Positions 1-7,816 of a stretch of DNA of 64,000 nucleotides are shown piece after piece. Position 1 is the stretch's first letter, and each line of letters starts with the position of its first letter. Below the pieces are notes generated by a model. That model was not told where the DNA came from. It searched no databases and saw nothing but the letters and a program-made list of their open reading frames with translations. Source of the stretch: Candidatus Binatia bacterium. Lineage in GTDB: Bacteria > Desulfobacterota > Binatia > Bin18. The position numbers and the translations under genes were made by a program. The stretch is taken from positions 182,749 to 246,748 of the forward strand of contig JAJEFA010000001.1 of assembly GCA_022820725.1 (NCBI GenBank), written 5' to 3'.

Positions 1-1266
1 GTCACCCTGGGAGCGGTGACCAAACACGATGTGACTGCCGAGGCGGTGGACATTGTGCCCGATGTCCGGGCGGCCATGCATTTTTTTGGAGCCGAAAACG
101 GTCATGTCGTCGAACGGACGAACTGGACGCTGATTGCCGATGATGGGCGGAATTATCTGAAAGTCTCGCCCCATCGCTATGACGCGATTACCGCTGACGC
201 CACCCACCCGGCCGCGGCCGAGTCCTGGATGCTCTACACGCTGGAGTATTACCAACAGGTCTATGACAAACTGAACGACACCGGCGTCTACGTCCAGTGG
301 CTGCCTTTGCACAACATGGCGCCGACCGATTATCTGTCGGTGCTGTACACCTTTCGGCGCGTGTTCCGCGAAGAGACCTTGCTCCTGTTCACGAGCCGCT
401 ACACCCTGCTGGTGGGAGCCAAACAGCCCCTTGCCCTGTCTCCCGCGGTCCTGGACCAACGCCTCGGTCAGCTCAGCGCGGAGGTCCGCGCCGACCTGGA
501 AGAGATCGGTATCACCCGCGGGCAGGATATTCTCAAGTATATTATTTTTGACGGGCCGCGTATCGATGCCCTGGTCGGAGATGACTATCCGCTCCTGACC
601 GACGATCATACCTCGGTCGAGTTTGCCGAACTCAATCGGCTGGGCATAGCCGGCACCATGCCCTTTATCCTGGCTCGGCTCTTACCTCGTATTCATCCGG
701 ACCGGTTGGCCGAGCAGTACGGAGTTGAACCGACAACCATGCTCGCCCGCGCCCTCTTCATGCGCTCCAAGGCGGTGGGGACGGACGAGCCGCTCGAACG
801 TTCGTACATGGCCCTCAGCGAAGTGAACCAGGCCTCCCGCCTCACCCCGGACGATAAGGATATTGACTATTACCGCGAGATTACCACCCTGGAATTTCTG
901 GATCTGCTGAGTGCCCGCTATGCGGAGTTGCTCAACTCCTCGAATCCGGGCACGCTCCTTCCCAAAGCGAGGCTGGCCGCCCAACTGCGGCCGGACAATC
1001 CGTTTGTTCAGGAACTGCTCGGTGTGACTTTGCTGAAATTGGAGCAATACGAAGAAGCGCTTGCCCCGCTCGAAGCGGCCGTGCAGGTCAGACCGGGCGA
1101 TTTCAATTATTTGTCGAACCTGGCGTTTGCCTATGAGCAGGTCGGACGCTATGCGGACGCGCTGCGTATGCTCCAACGGGCCAAGGAGGCCAACCCCAAC
1201 GCGGCCCAAGTCCTGGACCAGGCCACTGCCCGCGTGGAACACAAGATGCGGGCCGCGGGGCAGTAG
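1..1266 (+). CDS. Spermidine/spermine synthase-like (PABS) domain protein with C-terminal TPR repeats; 5' end truncated by the window edge (reading frame is open from nt 1)
   Basis: Translation VDIVPDVRAAMHFF...DGRNYLKVSPHRYDAITADATHP resembles the C-terminal half of the PABS fold. The C-terminal region has TPR-like repeats (LKLEQYEEALAPLEAAVQVRPGDFNYLSNLAFAYEQVGRYADALRMLQRAKEANP). In-frame sense codons run to position 1, so the gene starts upstream of the window. Confidence 0.55.
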   Translation, partial: VTLGAVTKHDVTAEAVDIVPDVRAAMHFFGAENGHVVERTNWTLIADDGRNYLKVSPHRYDAITADATHPAAAESWMLYTLEYYQQVYDKLNDTGVYVQWLPLHNMAPTDYLSVLYTFRRVFREETLLLFTSRYTLLVGAKQPLALSPAVLDQRLGQLSAEVRADLEEIGITRGQDILKYIIFDGPRIDALVGDDYPLLTDDHTSVEFAELNRLGIAGTMPFILARLLPRIHPDRLAEQYGVEPTTMLARALFMRSKAVGTDEPLERSYMALSEVNQASRLTPDDKDIDYYREITTLEFLDLLSARYAELLNSSNPGTLLPKARLAAQLRPDNPFVQELLGVTLLKLEQYEEALAPLEAAVQVRPGDFNYLSNLAFAYEQVGRYADALRMLQRAKEANPNAAQVLDQATARVEHKMRAAGQ

Positions 1267-1398
1267 CGGCACAGCCCAGGACCCGACCCTTCCCGAGACG
1301 TGGGATGCATATTGTGTCGATTGCTCCCTCCGGGCCGGCCGGTCGCGCCCTCACCCGGCCCTGCGGGCCACCCTCTCCCAGGGGGCGAGGGTAAAAGA

Positions 1399-1426
1399 GT
1401 AGGGACGACCGGCCGGTCGCCCCTAC
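1399..1426. repeat. REP-like 28-bp palindrome GTAGGGaCGACCGG|CCGGTCGCCCCTAC (one arm mismatch), between the convergent PABS/TPR gene and ispG
   Basis: Seen directly in the sequence. Belongs to the GTAGGGGC...GCCCCTAC palindrome family also found at 3800-3882, 10706-10733, 55000-55027, 57250-57277 and 57317-57344. Confidence 0.6.
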
Positions 1427-1476
1427 CGCAGCGTGATTTGCGCGAGTGGCGGGGTGGGTTTCCTTTGACCGTGCCC

Positions 1477-2637
1477 CTAGGACGGCGGTGTATGGCCGGT
1501 GGTCGCTTCCAACTGACGCTCGGCAATCAACCGGTCAATCTCGTCTTTGAGGCGGTCCAGAACAACGTCGTACTTGAAGTGACCGAGCTTGACGCTCTTC
1601 TTCTTGAGATTCACCGTGGTCGGTCCACACCACAGCCCCAGGTCCGCATCGTCGGTTTCTCCGGGACCGTTGACCCGGCAGCCCATGACGGCAATGGTGA
1701 TGTCGTGCTGCTTGGCGTAGGCGGACATGGCCTTGACCTCCTGCGCCAGCTCGACGAATTTCTCATTTTCAACCCGCGAGCAGCTTGGACAGGAGATGAT
1801 ATTCAGGCCCTTTCCGAAGTCGGGGACTGAGATGAAACGGCCGTTCTGCGTGTCGTTGAGAATGGAGAAGCCGGCGCTGACTTCCTCGTGTTTGCGCTCG
1901 TTGGGCAGGGTCAGGGACACGCGAATCGTATCGCCCACACCATTGGCCAACAGCTTCTCAAAAGCAATCCGGCTCTTGATCACGCCGTCCGGCGGCAGGC
2001 CGGCCTCCGTCACGCCCAGATGAAGGGGCACATCCGGTCGCGCTTGGGAAAACCGCGTATTGGCTTCAACGACCTTGGCCGGGTCGGAGTCCTTAAGCGA
2101 CACCACAAAGCGCTCGTATTGCAGGTCTTCCATGAGCTGGCAGTGATACAGAGTTGACTGGACCAGAGCTTCCATCTGATCGCCGGGATATTTTTCAAGA
2201 AACGCGGGGGCCACCGAACCGCAGTTGACGCCAATCCGAATGGCGACATCATGTTCCCGGGCGACATCAACCAGCCAGGCCACCTTCTCCGGAATGGTTT
2301 TCCGTTTTTCAATATGGTGCAGATGGCCGGGGTTGTAGCGGATTTTGTCAACATGGGGTGCGACCTGGTTCGCAACTTTATAATTCTCCTGAAGGTCTAC
2401 GGAGAGAGTTGCCGTGGTTTGGGCCCGGATCTCTTTGAGGGCCGCGGCCTCTTTGGGATTGTCCACCGCAATACGGACAACACCCGCTCCGGCTTCTTCG
2501 AGTTGATGCACCTGAGCGACGGTGGCATCGATGTCCGTTGTTTTGGTCGCGCACATACTCTGCACAACGATGGGGGCGCCCGCCCCAACCTGGACTTTGC
2601 CAATCCGGACCGCACGAGTAGGTTTTCTTTTCGACAT
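1477..2637 (-). CDS. ispG: 4-hydroxy-3-methylbut-2-enyl diphosphate synthase (IspG/GcpE)
   Basis: 386-aa ORF. N-terminus [35 protein letters not shown] and overall length are typical of bacterial IspG. C-terminal region has a CxxC...C cluster ([12 protein letters not shown]...[12 protein letters not shown]). Confidence 0.9.
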   Translation of the reverse strand: MSKRKPTRAVRIGKVQVGAGAPIVVQSMCATKTTDIDATVAQVHQLEEAGAGVVRIAVDNPKEAAALKEIRAQTTATLSVDLQENYKVANQVAPHVDKIRYNPGHLHHIEKRKTIPEKVAWLVDVAREHDVAIRIGVNCGSVAPAFLEKYPGDQMEALVQSTLYHCQLMEDLQYERFVVSLKDSDPAKVVEANTRFSQARPDVPLHLGVTEAGLPPDGVIKSRIAFEKLLANGVGDTIRVSLTLPNERKHEEVSAGFSILNDTQNGRFISVPDFGKGLNIISCPSCSRVENEKFVELAQEVKAMSAYAKQHDITIAVMGCRVNGPGETDDADLGLWCGPTTVNLKKKSVKLGHFKYDVVLDRLKDEIDRLIAERQLEATTGHTPPS

Positions 2638-2658
2638 GCTTTCAACCAGTTCTCAGGT

Positions 2659-2829
2659 CTAATGTTTCACCGGCATTTGAACAATGGGAGCATTGGGGTG
2701 CTGTTCGGCGTGTTCCTCCAGCCGCTGCTGGACCTCGGCTATCCATTGCCGGGCCTTTTCCTCGTCGATTTCTCCGGCGTCTCTCTTGCGGGCGACCTCA
2801 TCCACAAACCGCTCGAAAAATGTTTTCAT
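2659..2829 (-). CDS. Small hypothetical protein, 56 aa (MKTFFERFVDEVARKRDAGEIDEEKARQWIAEVQQRLEEHAEQHPNAPIVQMPVKH); not in the supplied ORF track because it is shorter than 60 aa
   Basis: Hand translation of the minus strand between ispG (start at 2637) and folD. ATG start, TAG stop, charged helical composition, GC-rich third positions. No recognisable homology. Confidence 0.3.
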   Translation of the reverse strand: MKTFFERFVDEVARKRDAGEIDEEKARQWIAEVQQRLEEHAEQHPNAPIVQMPVKH

Positions 2830-2924
2830 ACACCACCTTTTTCCGTCCTTCGCCTATCACGAAATCGACGGATGAGCTAGGCGGCCCGCTTCCGTCCGTT
2901 TGTGTCAAATGATACCGTCTCCGC

Positions 2925-3803
2925 ATGGGTGCCCAGATCGTCAAAGGCAGGGTCATCGCCCAGTCAGTGTATACGGAACTTGAAGCGGAAATTTCAGGGT
3001 TGATCCAGCGCACCGGACGAAGACCCGTCCTGGTCAGTATTTATATCGGCTCGAACCCGGCTATCGAAGTCTATATTCGATCCATGAATCGGATTGCCCG
3101 GGGGTTGGGGATTGAGTATCGCTGGTACCATCTCCCGGACAATGCCCAAGAGGCTGAGGTGCTGCGTCGTTTGGAGCAGCTGAACCAGGACCCTGAAGTC
3201 ACCGGCGTGATTATTCAGCTCCCCCTGCCTGAACATGTCCGCCGCTCGGTTCTGGTCAACCATATTGCCCCACAAAAAGATGTGGACGGCACCCATCCGG
3301 AAAATGTCGGGGCCGCCGTCACCGGAGAGATACGGATTGGCTCCTGTACCGCCCTGGCCGTCATGCGCCTTTTGGACGCAACCGGGATCGACATGGAAGG
3401 GAAAGAGGCGGTTATTGTCGGACACAGCGACCTGGTGGGGAAGCCGCTCAGCCTGATGCTGGTCGATCGCTTAGCCACCGTGACCATCTGCCATATCGCG
3501 ACCGCTCAGCGGGGGCTGTTAGCCGACCATGTCCGTCGGGCAGAGGTCCTCGTTGTGGCCGTCGGTTCTCCTGGGTTGATCAAGGGCGACTGGGTTCGCC
3601 CTGGGGCAGCCGTGATCGATGTTGGCATCAATCAGGTGGGCTCACGCCTCGTCGGCGATGTGGAATTTGACACGGCCAAAGAACGCGCCGCATTTATTAC
3701 GCCGGTTCCGGGCGGTGTCGGACCGGTGACAGTGTCGATGCTCATGAACAATACCGTCAACGCCTTCCGTACCCAGGTGGGACATCTGTCCGAAGCGAAG
3801 TAG
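2925..3803 (+). CDS. folD: Bifunctional methylenetetrahydrofolate dehydrogenase / methenyltetrahydrofolate cyclohydrolase (FolD)
   Basis: 292-aa ORF with ...VLVSIYIGSNPAIEVYIRSMNRIARGLGIEY..., GHSDLVGKPLSLMLV and VTICHIATAQ motifs typical of FolD. The stop codon TAG (3801-3803) is supplied by the left arm of a REP palindrome. Confidence 0.9.
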   Translation: MGAQIVKGRVIAQSVYTELEAEISGLIQRTGRRPVLVSIYIGSNPAIEVYIRSMNRIARGLGIEYRWYHLPDNAQEAEVLRRLEQLNQDPEVTGVIIQLPLPEHVRRSVLVNHIAPQKDVDGTHPENVGAAVTGEIRIGSCTALAVMRLLDATGIDMEGKEAVIVGHSDLVGKPLSLMLVDRLATVTICHIATAQRGLLADHVRRAEVLVVAVGSPGLIKGDWVRPGAAVIDVGINQVGSRLVGDVEFDTAKERAAFITPVPGGVGPVTVSMLMNNTVNAFRTQVGHLSEAK

Positions 3804-3882
3804 GGGCGGCCCTTGTGGCCGCCCAGGGCATGGCACATAGGGTCAACCTTCCAAGCCGGGCAACCACAAGGGTTGCCCCTAC
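3800..3882. repeat. Composite REP-like element GTAGGGGC-[GGCCcttgtGGCCGCCC ... GGGCAACCacaaGGGTTGCCC]-CTAC between the convergent folD and PDZ genes; likely bidirectional terminator/insulator
   Basis: Outer arms match the GTAGGGGC/GCCCCTAC family. Two internal hairpins (8-bp stems). A half-site ACGTCGCCCCTAC follows at about 3913-3927. Confidence 0.5.
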
Positions 3883-3971
3883 CGCGAATAATCTGTGACC
3901 CGCATCCTCGACAACGTCGCCCCTACACGGCCTTCACAATCTCAAATCCCATACTGCCTATAAGGACGGAT

Positions 3972-4691
3972 TTACGGCCCCAGCGGTTCTTCTTCGAGCG
4001 TCACCGTGATTTGGAGGGGCTGGTTCCTGCGCAGGACGGAAAAGGCGACCTGATCTCCGGGGCTGTAGCGCTGCATGATTTCCGTAAAGTCCTGGGCGGT
4101 CCGAACCGGAATGTTTTCGATCGCGACAATCAGATCGCCGGCCGGATGGCGCTCCCGCGTGAGATGATCGTGCGCGGCAACAAGCGGCATGACAAACGGA
4201 CCGGCCGGTGACATGGCCAGCGCAATGATGGCGGCCTTCTTCACTAAATCGTTCCGGTCGTGCTGCGTGGGTGCATTCACACCCTCGAAACCGGAACGAT
4301 GCGCCGGACTGCCCTCAATCACGCTTAAGACCAGGACGCCCTCCGGTCCCTCCTCAGCTGTGGCATACAGGACGCCGAGATAGGTTCGTTTGGACTCGGT
4401 GACAGATGGGTCGGGCCATTCCGGGAATTGACCGTCCGTTGCAGCGGAGGACCAGTCTTCGTGCGGCTGCCAGTCTTCGAAATCAGACGCCGAGGGTGCG
4501 ACCGGGACGGCCGGTTGGGTCAGGCTGCCCTGGACAGGAATCTCCAGCACTTGCGGGGCGCCAACCGGCTGAGGATGCTGGGCCGCCTCAGCCGGAGCGC
4601 TCTGCGCCCGGATGAGGCCCGGCGAGGTCCAGAGACCGGCGGTCAGCACACCGGCCAGAATAACTGGAAACCAGAGGACACGCGCCTGCAT
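3972..4691 (-). CDS. Secreted PDZ-domain protein (signal peptide plus C-terminal PDZ)
   Basis: PDZ-like segment VLVLSVIEGSPAHRSGFEG...GDLIVAIENIPVRTAQDFTEIMQRYSPGDQVAFSVLRRNQPLQITV. Start placed at Met17 (MQARVLWFPVILAGVLTAGLW, a signal-peptide-like sequence preceded by AAAGGGGG). The ORF track starts at 4739. Confidence 0.65.
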   Translation of the reverse strand: MQARVLWFPVILAGVLTAGLWTSPGLIRAQSAPAEAAQHPQPVGAPQVLEIPVQGSLTQPAVPVAPSASDFEDWQPHEDWSSAATDGQFPEWPDPSVTESKRTYLGVLYATAEEGPEGVLVLSVIEGSPAHRSGFEGVNAPTQHDRNDLVKKAAIIALAMSPAGPFVMPLVAAHDHLTRERHPAGDLIVAIENIPVRTAQDFTEIMQRYSPGDQVAFSVLRRNQPLQITVTLEEEPLGP

Positions 4692-4770
4692 TATCGGACC
4701 CCCTTTTACCGTCCTCGCTCTTGACCGCTCATTATTCATCCCTCGCTCTCAAAGCGCAAGCAGGCGCGTA

Positions 4771-5325
4771 TTACCGGGCCGATTTGAGCTTGGCCAGCTC
4801 AGCCTCCAGCTCGCTGACCGGAAGAACCTCCCCGGGGTTCTGCATGACGCGGACAAAGCGCACGATCCCGTCCGTATCGATCAGCACATAGGCTCTCTGG
4901 CTGAGCCGCTTTTCCCGGTCCAGCCAGCCGACATAGTTTTCAACCACCTCGGGGGCGTCAAACGCGCTCAACAACGGATAGCTGAGGGCCAGTTGTTCGC
5001 GAAATATACGCTGGGAAGCCGTGTGATTCGTACTGATTCCCAGGACCACCGCGTCGAGTTGCTTTTCCTGCCGAGCATCCTGCCCGGTTGCTAACTGAAG
5101 GGTTCAGCCTGGGGTAAAGTCCAGAATATAAAACAGCAGCAGGACATTCCGTTTGCCCGCAAACTCCGAGAGACAGACCGTCTCACCGTCCTGTGCGGGC
5201 AAACAGAAGGCGGGCGCGGGGCTCCCGACCTCAACCGCGGCACCGACGGGATGACCCCACAGCAGCAGACCGGCGACGAGGACTACGCACCAATTCCAGT
5301 TCGATTTGCTCATACCCATTCTCAT
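4771..5325 (-). CDS. Bcp/PrxQ-type peroxiredoxin with signal peptide, interrupted by an in-frame TGA (5104-5106) exactly at the peroxidatic Cys position: candidate selenocysteine peroxiredoxin, otherwise a pseudogene
   Basis: Track ORFs 5104..5451 and 4771..5049 are in the same frame, separated by a TGA plus 18 sense codons. The joined protein ...LLLFYILDFTPG-[TGA]-TLQLATGQDARQEKQLDAVVLGISTN...PLLSAFD...RAYVLIDTDGIVRFV aligns block by block with E. coli Bcp (FYPKAMTPGC-TVQACGLRD / VDVLGISTD / TLLSDED / SFLIDADGKIEHVF). Start at the MRMGM (5325) behind GGGGGAGGGGGG; a signal peptide follows. Confidence 0.6.
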
Positions 5326-5336
5326 CCCCCCTCCCC

Positions 5337-5801
5337 CTAGCGTACGGCATACACATCGTAGCGCACTGCGCCCCGTTCCAGATACGCTTCTCCGACCCCG
5401 ACACACAGGCAACGATTCATCCAGAGATAGTCGGGGTGAGCGGTCTGACACCAGGGATTCGTCCGAATCGGCGTTCCGCTCGGCGGAAGCGCGCCGTCCA
5501 GAAACTGCTGATAGCCGTCCGCACCCAAATCCAACACGCCATTATAGGTCACATAAATCAACGCGCCGTCGTTCGCCTCAACAGTCGCCCGCACATCGAG
5601 ATACGCCACCCCATCGGTCCGGACGGTCAGCCAGTCCGCGCCAACCGGGCGCAGCCGGCCTTGCAGTTTGGGACCTTCAACTTCGCCGCCCGTGATGTAG
5701 ACATTGACCCGGGCACCGCCGGGTACCGGCCCTATTGTTTCAGGCGGCATCTCCAGGGTGGCGGTATAGGAAAAGAGGTGCTCCATAGTATACTCGAACA
5801 T
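5337..5801 (-). CDS. DUF3237-family protein (hypothetical), immediately upstream of the peroxiredoxin gene
   Basis: Start placed at MFEYTMEHLFSYTATLEMPPETIGPVPGGARVNVYITGGEVEGPKLQGRL..., typical of DUF3237 proteins. The longer track ORF (to 5870) adds a low-complexity N-terminal extension. Confidence 0.55.
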   Translation of the reverse strand: MFEYTMEHLFSYTATLEMPPETIGPVPGGARVNVYITGGEVEGPKLQGRLRPVGADWLTVRTDGVAYLDVRATVEANDGALIYVTYNGVLDLGADGYQQFLDGALPPSGTPIRTNPWCQTAHPDYLWMNRCLCVGVGEAYLERGAVRYDVYAVR

Positions 5802-5892
5802 GTCATCTCCTTGTTGTGGCGGCGGCGACCGGACAAGAGCAGACCTACCCCGTCCTCCCCGGAGCGTCAAGACAAGGGAAAGGAGTCAGCCT

Positions 5893-6114
5893 ATGGCAAA
5901 AGCCCAATACTGTCTCATGTGTGCCGACGAACTCTACCAGATGAGCAACTACGGAGAGCCGGCGGACGGCAAGTGGCCGCCCATGGTTGAAGACGACACA
6001 TACGGGACGCTGATTATCTGTCCCGCGTGCGAGGCGGAGCACCTCACCTTTATTGACGACACCCCCGGCCATCCGCCGGTGCGGCGTATTCGGATGCTCA
6101 AGCCCCGCGAATAG
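5893..6114 (+). CDS. Small zinc-ribbon protein (73 aa, two CxxC pairs: CLMC ... CPAC)
   Basis: Start placed at MAKAQYCLMCADELYQ, preceded by AAGGAG. Divergent from the DUF3237/Prx operon and convergent with the KamA-like gene. Confidence 0.45.
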   Translation: MAKAQYCLMCADELYQMSNYGEPADGKWPPMVEDDTYGTLIICPACEAEHLTFIDDTPGHPPVRRIRMLKPRE

Positions 6115-6116
6115 CC

Positions 6117-7511
6117 TCAGTGTCCGGCTGAAGCCTGCGCCTGTATGGCCCGGTATTCGGGCTCAAAGAAAAACTGGGATTCCCCGCCGGCAGGTTTGAG
6201 GTGGTCGAGCCAGGTCGCGTTGGGGTCAAACTTGGCAAAGAACGGCCGCTGGACCCAATCGGCATTACGCCCCTGGATAAAGCGCAGGACAAAGACCTTT
6301 TCGCCGTTTATTTCGGTGATGCCCTGCACCTCGACCTTGCCCGGCCCCGCACTCATCGACGGACCACGGGCGGTACGCGCCAGGCCGGAGACCTGGGAAA
6401 TGGCCTCGCGGTAAATCTCCCAGGCCCGAGCCAGCGGCACCTCAAAATAGTGCCGCGCCCCGGTATCGCGTTCAACAAACATATAGTACGGAATGATGCC
6501 CAAGCGGACCTGTGTCCGCCACATCCGGGTCCACACCGCGGCATCATCGTTGATATGGGCCAGCAGCGGCCCCTGACCGCGAATGACCGCGCCGGTCGAG
6601 CGCAGACGCCGGATGGCTGCACGGACCTGTGGCTGTTCCAATTCTCTCCAGTGGTTATAGTGCGCCATGAACGCCACGTGTTTACCAGCGGCGACAAGCT
6701 GCTCACACAGGCGCATGAGGTCGTCGGCATCCGCATCGCTCGTAAAACGGAAAGGCCAGTAGGTCAGCGCTTTCGTACCGATCCGAATGGTTTGGACGTG
6801 CTCGAACTCCGGTTGGATCAAAGGACGCAGGTATTCGGCCAAATGGTGGGTCTTCATGACCATCGGGTCTCCGCCGGTCATGAGCAGATCACTCACCTGC
6901 GGCTGTGAGGCCAGATAGCTATGCAGCTGACCGGCGTCGTTTGAATTAAACCGCAGCTCCTGAATGCCCACGAACTGCGCCCAGCGAAAGCAGAAGGTGC
7001 AATAGGTATGACATGTCTGGCCCTGGCTCGGAAAAAAGAGGACGGTTTCGCGATACTTGTGCTGCATGCCGGGCAGCGATTCGCCGTCCATGTGCGGGAC
7101 ATTCATCTGCTGCTGGCCGGCGGGATGCGGGTTCAGCCGGATGCGGATCTCATCTGCGGCGGCTTTGATTGCGATCCGATCCGCCCCTTTCCTGAGCAGG
7201 TCAGCCACATGCTCAAAGTCTTCCGGCTGCAACATGCCCGGCTGCGGAAAAGTCAACTGGAACATGGGGTCATCGGGGATATTGTCCCAATCAATGAGAT
7301 TCTCGATGACGTACGGATTTATGCGAAAGGGCAGGACAGTGGCGACAACCCGCATCTGAAAACGTTGCTCATCAGATAAGCGTTGCAGTTGCGGAATCTG
7401 GTCGAGGTGACGCTCATTGTACACCTTGAAGCGCGGAGCGGAGGATTCGGACGTGACGGCAATGGACGATCCGTTTGCAGTACCAGGGCCATGAGTGGTT
7501 TCGTTCAGCAT
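6117..7511 (-). CDS. KamA-family radical SAM protein (lysine 2,3-aminomutase-like)
   Basis: Radical SAM CxxxCxxC motif (TCHTYCTFCFRW). Family-typical length and conserved blocks (PSQGQTCHTYC..., GGDPMVM..., RIGTKALTYWP). Start at MLNETTHGP (Met13), preceded by GGAGG. Confidence 0.8.
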   Translation of the reverse strand: MLNETTHGPGTANGSSIAVTSESSAPRFKVYNERHLDQIPQLQRLSDEQRFQMRVVATVLPFRINPYVIENLIDWDNIPDDPMFQLTFPQPGMLQPEDFEHVADLLRKGADRIAIKAAADEIRIRLNPHPAGQQQMNVPHMDGESLPGMQHKYRETVLFFPSQGQTCHTYCTFCFRWAQFVGIQELRFNSNDAGQLHSYLASQPQVSDLLMTGGDPMVMKTHHLAEYLRPLIQPEFEHVQTIRIGTKALTYWPFRFTSDADADDLMRLCEQLVAAGKHVAFMAHYNHWRELEQPQVRAAIRRLRSTGAVIRGQGPLLAHINDDAAVWTRMWRTQVRLGIIPYYMFVERDTGARHYFEVPLARAWEIYREAISQVSGLARTARGPSMSAGPGKVEVQGITEINGEKVFVLRFIQGRNADWVQRPFFAKFDPNATWLDHLKPAGGESQFFFEPEYRAIQAQASAGH

Positions 7512-7548
7512 AGAGATACCTCCTCCGAGGAGTCTCCTCTTTCCCACT

Positions 7549-7627
7549 CACACCGCTTCGTACCCACCCACACCGCTTCATATCAACTCACACCGCTTTA
7601 CCAACGCATACCGCTTCATACATTGCG
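7549..7627. repeat. Four imperfect direct repeats of about 20 bp (CACACCGCTTCgtacccacc / CACACCGCTTCatatcaact / CACACCGCTTtaccaacg / CAtACCGCTTCatacattgcg) in the promoter region of the KamA-like gene
   Basis: Seen directly in the sequence; periods of 20, 20, 18 and 20 nt; 38 nt upstream of the kamA-like start codon. Confidence 0.5.
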
Positions 7628-7699
7628 AGCCTGAGAAAAGAGGGCAGCTCTCCCTTCTGGAGAGCGGAGGGAGACTGTAGAAAGAAACAGGCGAAAAGT

Positions 7700-7763
7700 C
7701 AAATAAAAAAGGGCGCTTATAAGAACAAGGTTTTATTCCAGACCAAGGAGAGAGGGCGCCCTT
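7700..7763 (-). terminator. Putative intrinsic terminator of clpB (stem AAGGGCGC/GCGCCCTT followed on the minus strand by a TTTTTTATTT run)
   Basis: Inverted repeat at 7709-7716 / 7756-7763 with an A-run at 7701-7710 on the plus strand (a T-run on the minus strand), about 55 nt downstream of the clpB stop. The loop is unusually long (about 39 nt), which lowers confidence. Confidence 0.45.
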
Positions 7764-7816
7764 CTACCCCCCTGGTCTGAATACGCAGCCACCTCGTGAG
7801 CATGATGAGGAAGCAT

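Noticed and set aside
5050-5106. Treating the split peroxiredoxin simply as two separate genes (92 aa and 115 aa)
   Set aside because: Neither half is a viable peroxiredoxin on its own. They are in-frame, contiguous and together reconstitute the full fold with TGA precisely at the catalytic Cys. Sec-readthrough or pseudogene are the only sensible readings. Pseudogene is retained as the alternative.
7549-7627. CRISPR array
   Set aside because: Only four imperfect 18-20-bp units with no intervening unique spacers and no cas genes nearby: direct-repeat operator/iteron-like instead.
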